The notes under the pieces were generated by a model that was given only the letters and a program-made list of their open reading frames with translations, was not told where the DNA came from and searched no databases. Of a DNA stretch of 64,000 bases, positions 18,567-27,258 are shown piece after piece. The position numbers and the translations under genes are program-made. The first letter of the stretch is position 1. Every line of letters starts with the position of its first letter. This DNA comes from Actinomycetota bacterium (lineage in GTDB: Bacteria > Actinomycetota > JAHEXW01 > JAGVPG01): positions 129,811 through 193,810 of the forward strand of contig JAGVPG010000021.1 of NCBI GenBank assembly GCA_020052375.1. The letters are read 5' to 3'.

Positions 18567-19952
18567 TTATTTTCCTGCCGGTCTGCCTAATAACTTCCTG
18601 GCTGTCTTTATCTGCTCTTTTACTTGTCCGGGCGATGTGCTGCCGACCGTAGCCCGTCTCTCGACCGAGCGTCGGGGTCTTATCACATCGATGATATCCC
18701 TTCCAAAAAGAGCTGAGAAATCACTGAACTCTGCAAGGCTCATATCTGTCAACCTCATGCCTTTTCCAAGACAGTGCTTGACGATATTGCCTACTACCTC
18801 ATGGGCATCCTTGAATGGCATGCCCTTATCCGCCAGGTAATCTGCCACATCAGTGGCCGTCATAAATCCATCGTATGTCGAATCGTACATCTTGCCGTGA
18901 TTGAACCTGAGCGTCCTCAACATCCCTGAAAATACCTTCAGGCATGACGTCAGGGTATCGACCGTATCGAATAAGACTTCTTTGTCTTCCTGCATATCTC
19001 TGTTGTACGCAAGCGGAAGACCCTTCATGACCGTAAGCAACGCGGTCAGGTTGCCGTACACGCGCCCGGTTTTAGCCCTTACAAGCTCCGCAACGTCAGG
19101 ATTCTTTTTTTGCGGCATTATGGATGAACCTGTGGCATATGACTCATCCATCTCCACGAACCCGAATTCACTACTACACCAAAGCACAAGTTCTTCCGAG
19201 AAACGGCTTAAGTGCATCAAGCATATGGAAGCGCAGGCCATAAAATCTATGGCAAAATCCCTGTCAGATACCGCGTCCAGGCTGTTCTCGATGACTCCTG
19301 AAAATCCCAGCTTCTTTGCCGCATAAGCCCTGTCGATCTCGAATGTCGTTCCAGCCAGAGCCCCTGATCCCAACGGCAGTCTATCGATCGATTCAAGACA
19401 GTCCTCGAACCGTTCTTTGTCACGTTTCAACATAAAGAAATACGCCATGAGGTGGTGGCCGAGCAATATCGGCTGCGCCTTTTGCAGATGCGTATAGCCT
19501 GGCATCACGGTCTCACCGTCGTTTTCCGCCCTTTTAATAAGGACTTCTTGCAGTCCTTCTATCAGTTTTATGGTTTCAGCGGTCTCTTTCTTCAGATATA
19601 ACCTCAGATCCGTTACCGCCTGGTCGTTCCGACTTCGCGCCGTCCGTAATTTCCCGCCGACCGGTCCCAGTTTTTCTATCAGAGCTCTCTCGATAGCGGT
19701 GTGGATGTCTTCATCAGAGTCTTCGAACTTGAAGATCCCTTTCTCCATGTCTTTTTTAATATCTTTCAACGCTTTGCCGATCGACTTTGCTTCTTCCTCC
19801 GTCAAAAGGCCGATCCTCGCAAGCATCATGGCGTGAACATCGCTCACTCTTATATCTTCATCATATAGGCGGCGATCGAAAGGCAACGATGACGTAAACT
19901 CCTCGACCAGTTTGTCCGTTCTTTTTTCGAACCGCCCTCCCCATAGCTTCAT
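18567..19952 (-). CDS. argH: argininosuccinate lyase
   Basis: Fumarate-lyase signature GSSIMPQKKNPD. Confidence 0.93.
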   Translation of the reverse strand: MKLWGGRFEKRTDKLVEEFTSSLPFDRRLYDEDIRVSDVHAMMLARIGLLTEEEAKSIGKALKDIKKDMEKGIFKFEDSDEDIHTAIERALIEKLGPVGGKLRTARSRNDQAVTDLRLYLKKETAETIKLIEGLQEVLIKRAENDGETVMPGYTHLQKAQPILLGHHLMAYFFMLKRDKERFEDCLESIDRLPLGSGALAGTTFEIDRAYAAKKLGFSGVIENSLDAVSDRDFAIDFMACASICLMHLSRFSEELVLWCSSEFGFVEMDESYATGSSIMPQKKNPDVAELVRAKTGRVYGNLTALLTVMKGLPLAYNRDMQEDKEVLFDTVDTLTSCLKVFSGMLRTLRFNHGKMYDSTYDGFMTATDVADYLADKGMPFKDAHEVVGNIVKHCLGKGMRLTDMSLAEFSDFSALFGRDIIDVIRPRRSVERRATVGSTSPGQVKEQIKTARKLLGRPAGK

Positions 19953-19957
19953 GGTTT

Positions 19958-21160
19958 TTAAGATCCTTTCTCTTTGTTCTTCTTAGCCCAGTTTATAAGC
20001 GGCATCCCCCAGAGGTCTATAAAGCCTACCGCTGAATCATGCGGGAACTTGTCGCCTGCCTCATATGTCGCAAGTGAATGGTCGTAAAGCGATCTGCCCG
20101 ACTCTCTTGATGTCACGGCAATCGATCCTTTGTAGAACTTGACCTTGACTGTACCGGATAAATATCTCTGAGTCTCTTCTATGAACGCGTCAATCGCGTG
20201 TCTCAACGGTGAAAACCACAGACCGTTATATATCAGCTCCGCGTATTTTCCGGAGATCGCGCTCTTATAATGTGCCAGGTCTCTCTCCAGTACCATATCT
20301 TCCAGTGCCATATGAGCGTTTATAATTGCCATAGCGGCCGGTGCCTCATATATCTCCCTTGATTTTATGCCTATCAGCCGGTTTTCAAGCATATCTATCC
20401 TGCCATATCCGTGCTTACCGGCGATCCCGTTCAGCTCACCGATCAAGGATACAAGATCCATCCGCTTTCCGTTCAATGCGACCGGAACACCCTTCCTGAA
20501 CTCGATGTCCACATACGCCGGCTTTTCCGGTGCCCTAGAAGGGTCTCTTGTCATTCTATATACCTTAGGTAGAGGTTCATTTCTAGGGTCTTCCAGATCT
20601 CCACCTTCGATCGATCTCCCCCAAAGATTTTCGTCAATACTGTATGACTTTTTTTTAGTCACGTCTATCTCTATGCCTTCCTCGGCCGCATAGTCGATCT
20701 CTTGCTCACGCGTCAACTTCCATTCCCTCAATGGCGCTATGATCTTAAGCGCCGGGTTCAACGTTTTTATACCTATGTCCAGCCGTACCTGGTCGTTGCC
20801 TTTTGCCGTGCATCCATGCGCTATATACTTCGCTTTGTATTTTTTAGCCTCTTCTACCAGACAGCACGCGATCAACGGCCTCCCCAGCGCTGTTGCCAGG
20901 GGGTATTTCCCTTCATATAGCGCGTTTGCTTTGATCGCTCTCGCAATGTATTGTTTGGCGAATACGTCCTTCATGTCCGCAACGACAGCTTTAACAGCCC
21001 CTACGTCCAGAGCCCGCTTCTCGGTCTTCTCAAAGTCTGTATCCTGGCCTATGTCGACGGTCAGCGCTATCACATCTACACCGTATTCTTTGTTCAACCA
21101 TCGTATTGCTACAGACGTATCCAATCCGCCTGAATACGCCAAAATGGCTTTATCCGCCAT
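19958..21160 (-). CDS. argG: argininosuccinate synthase
   Basis: AYSGGLDTS PP-loop motif; ~400 aa. Confidence 0.93.
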   Translation of the reverse strand: MADKAILAYSGGLDTSVAIRWLNKEYGVDVIALTVDIGQDTDFEKTEKRALDVGAVKAVVADMKDVFAKQYIARAIKANALYEGKYPLATALGRPLIACCLVEEAKKYKAKYIAHGCTAKGNDQVRLDIGIKTLNPALKIIAPLREWKLTREQEIDYAAEEGIEIDVTKKKSYSIDENLWGRSIEGGDLEDPRNEPLPKVYRMTRDPSRAPEKPAYVDIEFRKGVPVALNGKRMDLVSLIGELNGIAGKHGYGRIDMLENRLIGIKSREIYEAPAAMAIINAHMALEDMVLERDLAHYKSAISGKYAELIYNGLWFSPLRHAIDAFIEETQRYLSGTVKVKFYKGSIAVTSRESGRSLYDHSLATYEAGDKFPHDSAVGFIDLWGMPLINWAKKNKEKGS

Positions 21161-21171
21161 GCTTTCCTCCC

Positions 21172-21642
21172 TTAGTGTTTTCTGCCGGCCAACATATCTT
21201 CAAGTCCTTTTACGATCGTCCGGCCCTTCTTGGGGTTCTCAGTCACGACTAATATTGTATCATCTCCGGCTATGGTGCCCAGTATGCCCGATAATGCTAA
21301 TCGATCTATAGAAGCAGCCACTCCTTGGGCATGGCCGGGCATCGTCTTTATGACGATAAGATTACCGCTCAAGTCGATGCCGGTCACAAATGATTCGATC
21401 ATTCTGGCCGCTCCTTTTGTTGCCCCGCTTACCTGTTCTTCTTCTCCCGGTAAGGAATAGATCAAACGACCGTTTCTGCCCCGCTTCTTTACTACCCCGA
21501 GCTCTCTCATGTCTCTAGATAGCGTCGCTTGCGTTACCTTGAAACCTGAGACGGCAAGCTTTTCCGCCAGCATCTCCTGAGTCCCAATATCTTCCTTCCC
21601 GATGATTTCTTTTATTCTCTCTAATCTCGCATTTCTACCCAT
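21172..21642 (-). CDS. argR: arginine repressor
   Basis: 156 aa. Winged-helix N-terminus (LAEKLAVSGFKVTQATLSRDMRELG) and C-terminal oligomerisation/arginine-binding domain. Embedded inside the arg operon. Confidence 0.85.
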   Translation of the reverse strand: MGRNARLERIKEIIGKEDIGTQEMLAEKLAVSGFKVTQATLSRDMRELGVVKKRGRNGRLIYSLPGEEEQVSGATKGAARMIESFVTGIDLSGNLIVIKTMPGHAQGVAASIDRLALSGILGTIAGDDTILVVTENPKKGRTIVKGLEDMLAGRKH

Positions 21643-21645
21643 ACC

Positions 21646-21692
21646 TATTCCCTCTTATCCGTTCCCTGTTATCTGTTATCTGTTATCTGTTC
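21646..21692. repeat. heptanucleotide tandem repeat (CTGTTAT)x3-4 plus degenerate copies in the argF-argR spacer
   Basis: Plus strand: CTCTTAT CCGTTCC CTGTTAT CTGTTAT CTGTTAT CTGTTCC. Confidence 0.75.
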
Positions 21693-22619
21693 CTAATCAC
21701 TACCCAATATCCACTTCAACAATGCCTTTTGCGCATGCAGTCTGTTTTCCGCTTGTTCAAAGACAACCGAACTCTGGCCGTCCATGACACCGCTTGTTAT
21801 TTCTTCCCCTCTGTGAGCGGGCATGCAATGCATCACTATGGCATCTTCATTAGCCATGCTAAGGACATCCTCGTTTATCTGATAGTCTTTAAGCACTTTT
21901 ATCCGGTCTAAGGCCTCTTCTTCATCACCCATGCTTACCCATACATCCGTATATAAGACATCCGCCTCTTTTACCGCCAGAGACACGTCATCGGTCACTA
22001 GGACGCTACATCTGTTTGTTAAAGCGATCTCTTCGGCCTTTTCCACTACCTTTCTGTCCGGCATATATCGCGATGGAGCCGCCACCGCCATATCCATGCC
22101 CGCTGTCGCCGCGGCCAGCAGCAGAGAGTGGCAGACATTATTCCCGTCCCCCGTGTACGCTATCTTGCGTCCTTTTAGGTCACCTTTTATCTCGCGTATT
22201 GTGAACAGGTCCGCCAATGCCTGGCATGGATGGTACATATCGCTGAGCGCGTTTATCACCGGAACCGATGCCGAAGATGCCAGTTTTTCGACGTTCTCGT
22301 GTTTAAACGTCCTGATTATGATGATGTCACAGTATCTTGATAGCACCCGTCCTGTATCTTCAATAGTCTCGCCTCTACCCAACTGCATATCTGTGCTGTT
22401 CAGGACGATAGGCTGACCGCCCAACTGCCAGAGGGCTATCTCAAAAGATACGCGTGTGCGAGTCGAAGGCTTCTCGAATATCAGGACCGCGCTTTTGTCT
22501 TTAAACGGTTTTTCAAGGTGCCCGTCGCTTAAGGCCTCTTTTAGCTCATCCGTCGACTCAAGCAATTGCTCCAGTTCATCCTTGTTTATTTCCGCAAATG
22601 TCAGAATATCTCTTTTCAT
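21693..22619 (-). CDS. argF: ornithine carbamoyltransferase
   Basis: STRTRVSFE carbamoyl-phosphate motif and HCMPAHRGEE. Confidence 0.9.
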   Translation of the reverse strand: MKRDILTFAEINKDELEQLLESTDELKEALSDGHLEKPFKDKSAVLIFEKPSTRTRVSFEIALWQLGGQPIVLNSTDMQLGRGETIEDTGRVLSRYCDIIIIRTFKHENVEKLASSASVPVINALSDMYHPCQALADLFTIREIKGDLKGRKIAYTGDGNNVCHSLLLAAATAGMDMAVAAPSRYMPDRKVVEKAEEIALTNRCSVLVTDDVSLAVKEADVLYTDVWVSMGDEEEALDRIKVLKDYQINEDVLSMANEDAIVMHCMPAHRGEEITSGVMDGQSSVVFEQAENRLHAQKALLKWILGSD

Positions 22620-23869
22620 ACCTTCCCCTTATTTCTTTGAATCATAGTCAGTGACCGGTCAAATATATCTACAAACTCATCCACATGGTCTTTGCCGATG
22701 ATCAACGGCGGTAACAAACGTATCACGTTTTCGCTGGTCTTATTGATGATCGCCCCTTGTCCCATACACGTCTTTAACAATTCACCCGCAACGTCTTCTC
22801 CAAGTACGATGCCGATCATCAGCCCCAGTCCTCTGATCTTCTTAATGATCGTATGTCTTTGCTCAAGCTCGAACAGTCGATCCATTAAATATGAACCCTG
22901 TATCCTTGCGTTTTCTAACAGATCCTCTTTCTCGATCGTCCTAAGGACCGCCAGTGCGGCTCTGCATACGATAGGCGATCCGCCGAATGTGGTCCCGTGG
23001 TCTCCAGGTACTAATATATCCGATACCTTTTTTGAGGCGACCACCGCTCCTATCGGGAACCCGCCGCCTAGTCCTTTTGCCAGTGTTATCATATCCGGCT
23101 TTATGCCATATGATTCAAAAGCAAAGTAGCTGCCGGTCCTGGCTACCCCTGTCTGGACCTCATCCAGAATGAAGAGCAGATCGTTTCGATCGCAAAGGGC
23201 TCTCACGTTCCTCAGATATTCCTTATCGGCCGGGATCACCCCGCCTTCACCCTGGATCGCCTCAAGTATAACAGCGCATGTTTCCTTATCGATCGCCGAC
23301 TCTAGTGCACCGGCATCGTTAAACGCGACCGTTTTAAAGCCGGCCGGCATCGGCTCGAACATCTTCTGTTTTTCGGGTTGTCCAGTAGCCGCAAGCGTCG
23401 CCAGCGTACGTCCGTGAAACGAATTCATCGCGCTGATCACCACGTACGACGGCTTCTCCTTCCTCCTCGCTTCCTCACTTCCCAGCATCTTCCTTGCATA
23501 CTTTCTTGCTATCTTGAACGCCGCCTCATTTGCTTCGGCACCGCTGTTCGCGAAGAACACCTTGCCGCCCAGAGATATGTCTGAAAGAATTTTCGCCAGG
23601 ACCACTTGTGGTTCCGTATAATACAGGTTTGACGTGTGTACAATTGCGGAAACCTGCTCTGATATGGCTGATACGATCTCCTGATGTGAATGCCCCAAGC
23701 TTAAGACCGCGATACCGGCCACCATGTCAAGATACTTCTTCCCGTCCGTATCCCAGACATACATCCCTTTACCTTTCTTCAGGATCAGCGGCAACCTAGC
23801 ATAAGTATGCATCATGTATTCTTTTTCCATCTCTATTATCTTTTCTTTTCTCATCCCTTCATCCTTCAT
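22616..23869 (-). CDS. argD: acetylornithine aminotransferase
   Basis: Class III aminotransferase motifs (DEVQTG, NSFHGRTLA). Confidence 0.88.
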   Translation of the reverse strand: MKDEGMRKEKIIEMEKEYMMHTYARLPLILKKGKGMYVWDTDGKKYLDMVAGIAVLSLGHSHQEIVSAISEQVSAIVHTSNLYYTEPQVVLAKILSDISLGGKVFFANSGAEANEAAFKIARKYARKMLGSEEARRKEKPSYVVISAMNSFHGRTLATLAATGQPEKQKMFEPMPAGFKTVAFNDAGALESAIDKETCAVILEAIQGEGGVIPADKEYLRNVRALCDRNDLLFILDEVQTGVARTGSYFAFESYGIKPDMITLAKGLGGGFPIGAVVASKKVSDILVPGDHGTTFGGSPIVCRAALAVLRTIEKEDLLENARIQGSYLMDRLFELEQRHTIIKKIRGLGLMIGIVLGEDVAGELLKTCMGQGAIINKTSENVIRLLPPLIIGKDHVDEFVDIFDRSLTMIQRNKGKV

Positions 23870-23875
23870 CCACTA

Positions 23876-23916
23876 GCTTTTGATCTATCTTCCTTCAGCT
23901 CTTCATCCTTCATCCT
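23876..23916. repeat. purine-rich (coding strand) near-tandem duplication containing the 12-mer AAGAGCTGAAGG twice, in the argB-argD spacer
   Basis: Coding strand: GAAGAGCTGAAGGATGAAGGATGAAGAGCTGAAGGAAG. The same 12-mer recurs at 30750-30775 and 41772-41790. Confidence 0.7.
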
Positions 23917-24777
23917 TCAGCTCTTCGTTATCATCGTCCCGACGCCCTCTTTCGTAAAGACCTCGAGCAGCAACGCGTGTTTAATGCGCCCATCAAGTAT
24001 ATGTGCCCTTGTGACGCCTCCCTCTAGAGCCGACACACATCCTTTGACCTTTGGCAACATTCCGGATGCCACCCTCTTATCGTCGATGATGCGCTCACAG
24101 TTCTCAAGCGTCAGCTCAGATATCAATGAGTCTTTGTCCTCAAAATCTTCATATATCCCGGCAACGTCTGTCAGGAATATGATCTTGTCCGCTTTCAAGC
24201 TGGCCGCCATCTCGCCCGCTACAAGGTCCGCATTTATATTGAAACTCTGTCCTTCCGATCCCGCGCCGACAGAAGCTATTACAGGTACGAAATCCTCTAC
24301 GATCAGATCGTATATTATCTTCGGGTTTATCTTGTCCACTTCACCTACGAACCCCAGATCGACGTCCGATTTCATTTTTCTCGCATGTATCAGGCCTCCG
24401 TCGTCGCCGCTCACCCCGACTGCCAGCTCACCATGCCTGTTGATGAGTGAGACTATCTCTTTGTTTATCTTTCCGACAAGGACCATCTTGACGATATCCA
24501 TCGTTTCCGCATCGGTCACACGCAAACCGTCGACGAATCTGACTTCTTTTCCGGCTTTCTTCATGAAATCCGTTATCTCCGGACCTCCGCCGTGGATGAT
24601 GACAGGATTCATGCCGACATATTTCATAAGCACTATATCCGACGCGACGCTCTCTTTTAACTCCGGTTTTACCATAGCGTTACCGCCGTATTTTACAACC
24701 ACCGTCTTTCCGAAATGTTCCTTTATAAACGGCAGCGCTTCCATCAGTATCTGCGCCTTGGCCATCGCATCCTTCAT
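23917..24777 (-). CDS. argB: acetylglutamate kinase
   Basis: VVVKYGGNAM amino-acid kinase motif; 286 aa. Confidence 0.9.
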   Translation of the reverse strand: MKDAMAKAQILMEALPFIKEHFGKTVVVKYGGNAMVKPELKESVASDIVLMKYVGMNPVIIHGGGPEITDFMKKAGKEVRFVDGLRVTDAETMDIVKMVLVGKINKEIVSLINRHGELAVGVSGDDGGLIHARKMKSDVDLGFVGEVDKINPKIIYDLIVEDFVPVIASVGAGSEGQSFNINADLVAGEMAASLKADKIIFLTDVAGIYEDFEDKDSLISELTLENCERIIDDKRVASGMLPKVKGCVSALEGGVTRAHILDGRIKHALLLEVFTKEGVGTMITKS

Positions 24778-24797
24778 TATTAACTCCTTGGTAAAGC

Positions 24798-24828
24798 TTG
24801 TTGCTTGTAGCTTGTTGCTTGTAGCTTT
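24798..24828. repeat. heptamer-periodic tandem repeat (GCTTGTT GCTTGTA)x2 with an inverted partial copy (GCTACAAGC) ~50 nt away, in the argJ-argB spacer
   Basis: Plus 24798-24826 reads GCTTGTTGCTTGTAGCTTGTTGCTTGTAGC; plus 24874-24882 reads GCTACAAGC. Confidence 0.7.
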
Positions 24829-24893
24829 AAAAAGACATAAGACAATTTTGGTTTTCTTGCTACTAGCTACCGGCTACAAGCTGCAAACCATAT

Positions 24894-26105
24894 TTACGTT
24901 CTATAGTGCGCGTTTATCTTCACATACTCATATGTCAGGTCGGTAGTCAGTATCCTCGCCTTTCCTTTTCCTTTGTTCAATTCAACCCTTATATCGATCT
25001 CCTTGCCCTTCATCAGCTCTTCAACTTTGTCGCGGCAAAAAGCCGTCCCGGAGCCTTTCTTGAAAACAGCCTCATCGGCTATATAAACATCTATATTCCG
25101 TTGGTCGACATCCGCTCCGCTCGATCCGACAGCCGCGAGTATCCTGCCCCAATTTGCGTCTTCTCCAAAAAGCGCGCACTTCACAAGCAATGAGTTGGCG
25201 ACCTTAAGACCGACGGACTTTGCCTCTTTATGATCCCTTGCGCCGTCGACTATTATCTGTATGAACTTTGACGCTCCCTCTCCATCCTTGACCATCTCCT
25301 CGGCTAGATCGTTGGTCAGATGCTTAAGAGCCTCTGCGAACATCCTTTTTGTCTTACCTGTCTCCCCGATCTTTACACCGGAAGCGCCATTGGCCATTAT
25401 AAAGACTGTGTCATTCGTACTCATGTCGCCATCCACCGTTATGCAATTGAACGTCGTTTCTACCGCTTCTTTTAACAGGTCTCTAAGCATAACCGGTTCC
25501 ACCCGCGCATCGGTGGTGATGACCGCTATCATCGTAGCCATCTCAGGGTTTATCATACCCGCGCCCTTGGCCATCCCGCCGATCCGGACTTTGCGTCCGT
25601 TGAGATCGAACTCTACGGCCGCTTCCTTTGCATAAGTATCAGTCGTCATTATCGCTTCAGCGGCGCCTTTTCCGCTTACGGCATCCGCTTTTTTTGCCGC
25701 CTTCGATATTCCCATTAGGATATTATCCATCGGCATCGGCACCCCGATGATCCCGGTCGACGCGACAAGGACGTCATAGCCCGACACCCCGAGTTCCGCA
25801 CCTGTCGCTTTGCACATCTCAACGGCGTTATCCAGACCCTCTTGTCCGTTACACGCATTGGCGTTCCCACTATTTATGACGATTGCTTTAGCCGTACCCT
25901 TCTTTATATGTTCGCGGCTTACCGAGACCGGTGCTGCAAACACCTTATTGGTCGTGAAAACACCCGCTACGGACGCCATATCCTCCGAGATCACAACCGC
26001 CAGATCTTTGTTTCCGCCTTTCTTTATGCCGCAGGCGACCCCAGAAGCTCTGAAACCCGCCGGAGCTGTTATTCCGCCTGTAACGTGCTTTGATCCTTCT
26101 TCCAT
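24894..26105 (-). CDS. argJ: bifunctional ornithine acetyltransferase / N-acetylglutamate synthase
   Basis: ATMIAVITTDA autoprocessing-site region; ~400 aa ArgJ fold. Confidence 0.9.
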   Translation of the reverse strand: MEEGSKHVTGGITAPAGFRASGVACGIKKGGNKDLAVVISEDMASVAGVFTTNKVFAAPVSVSREHIKKGTAKAIVINSGNANACNGQEGLDNAVEMCKATGAELGVSGYDVLVASTGIIGVPMPMDNILMGISKAAKKADAVSGKGAAEAIMTTDTYAKEAAVEFDLNGRKVRIGGMAKGAGMINPEMATMIAVITTDARVEPVMLRDLLKEAVETTFNCITVDGDMSTNDTVFIMANGASGVKIGETGKTKRMFAEALKHLTNDLAEEMVKDGEGASKFIQIIVDGARDHKEAKSVGLKVANSLLVKCALFGEDANWGRILAAVGSSGADVDQRNIDVYIADEAVFKKGSGTAFCRDKVEELMKGKEIDIRVELNKGKGKARILTTDLTYEYVKINAHYRT

Positions 26106-26135
26106 GCTCTCGCCTCTTCGTATTAATCGCGTTTT

Positions 26136-27182
26136 TTAAGGATATAGCGCCGGGCTATCAAGCCCTGTCTTCTCATCCAATCCGTTCATTATATTCATGT
26201 TCTGTATCGCCTGCCCGGCGGCACCTTTAACCAGGTTGTCTATTGCCGAGATGATTATAAGCCTTCCGCATCTTAGATCCACCGATATGCCTAGATGACA
26301 GAAGTTGGTCCCTATCACCGCTTTCAGTTGTGGATATTCGCCTTCCCTCAGCACTTCTACAAAAAATGAGTCTTTATAGAATGACCTATACGTATCGATT
26401 GCTTCATCAAGCGCTATGTCGTTTTTCAGGTCGGCATATACCGTACTATATATCCCCCTCGAGACAGGCAGAAGATGCGGCGTGAACGATAATGTCACAG
26501 TGTCTTCCGACAGATCACTCAACGCGTATTCCATCTCGGGTATATGCTGGTGTACCCCACCGACCTTGTAGGAACTCACGTTATCAGCGCAAGAACAAAA
26601 ATGAGTAATCTCCGCGGCCGTTCTTCCCGCTCCTGATACCCCTGACATCGAGTCCACCACTATGTCCTGCTCGAATACCAATCCCCTGCTGACTGCGGGG
26701 GCAAGGCCAAGGATTACACTCGTCGGATAACATCCGGGGTTCGCCACCAGAGATGCCTTCTTTATATCCTTCGTATTCAACTCGCAAAGGCCGTATACGG
26801 ATTTTTGCAACAGATCGGCTGCTTTGTGCTCAAACCGGTACCAATCCTTATAGGCTTCCTTGTTTTTAAGTCTGAAGTCTCCGCTTATGTCGATCACCCT
26901 GCAGCCCTTTTCAATTAGTTGCGGTACGACTTCCATGGATCTGCCGTGTGGCAATGCCGTAAACACTAGATCGCTGGAACCTGCTATCTTGTTTAGATCC
27001 ATTTTCTCGTATGATGAGACTGTAATGCCTATGAGGTTCGGATTGATCTCCGAGAAGAGCTTCCCTGCATATCTCTCCGACGTAGCTGCTATGATCTCGA
27101 CTTCAGGGTGTCCAAGGAGTAGTCTTAACAGCTCCGCTCCCGTATATCCTGATCCACCGATGACGCTTGCTTTTATCTTCAT
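26136..27182 (-). CDS. argC: N-acetyl-gamma-glutamyl-phosphate reductase
   Basis: N-terminal VIGGSGYTGAELLRLL Rossmann motif. True start is ATG at 27182 (GGAGGT SD); the ORF-track GTG at 27197 lies inside the SD. Confidence 0.9.
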   Translation of the reverse strand: MKIKASVIGGSGYTGAELLRLLLGHPEVEIIAATSERYAGKLFSEINPNLIGITVSSYEKMDLNKIAGSSDLVFTALPHGRSMEVVPQLIEKGCRVIDISGDFRLKNKEAYKDWYRFEHKAADLLQKSVYGLCELNTKDIKKASLVANPGCYPTSVILGLAPAVSRGLVFEQDIVVDSMSGVSGAGRTAAEITHFCSCADNVSSYKVGGVHQHIPEMEYALSDLSEDTVTLSFTPHLLPVSRGIYSTVYADLKNDIALDEAIDTYRSFYKDSFFVEVLREGEYPQLKAVIGTNFCHLGISVDLRCGRLIIISAIDNLVKGAAGQAIQNMNIMNGLDEKTGLDSPALYP

Positions 27183-27206
27183 AGTTAACCTCCACACAAC
27201 TTATGA

Positions 27207-27241
27207 TTGCATATTATACTTACAATAGTATAATTATGCAA
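27207..27241 (-). promoter_or_regulatory. sigma70-like promoter (TTGCAT-17-TATAAT) overlapped by an imperfect 35-bp palindrome; candidate ArgR operator (ARG-box-like)
   Basis: Coding-strand sequence is TTGCATAATTATAC-TATTGTAA-GTATAATATGCAA, ~25-60 nt upstream of the argC ATG. The arms are near-perfect inverted repeats. The half-sites resemble AT-rich ARG boxes (cf. B. subtilis ...AATAAAAATGCAAG). Confidence 0.45.
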
Positions 27242-27258
27242 GTCTTTGACAAAAATTT

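Noticed and set aside
23807-24946. Long plus-strand ORFs antisense to genuine minus-strand genes. Examples are the 379-aa ORF opposite argB, the ~240-280-aa ORFs at 3426..4265, 52864..53652, 53535..54242 and 59511..60245, and the His-rich 9481..9750 ORF opposite the Met-rich cytochrome.
   Set aside because: Their translations are low-complexity (Ser/Thr/Pro/Ile-rich) with no recognisable domains. Each is fully contained within a well-supported gene on the opposite strand. This is a typical shadow-ORF artefact of codon bias; the His-rich one simply mirrors ATG (Met) codons as CAT.
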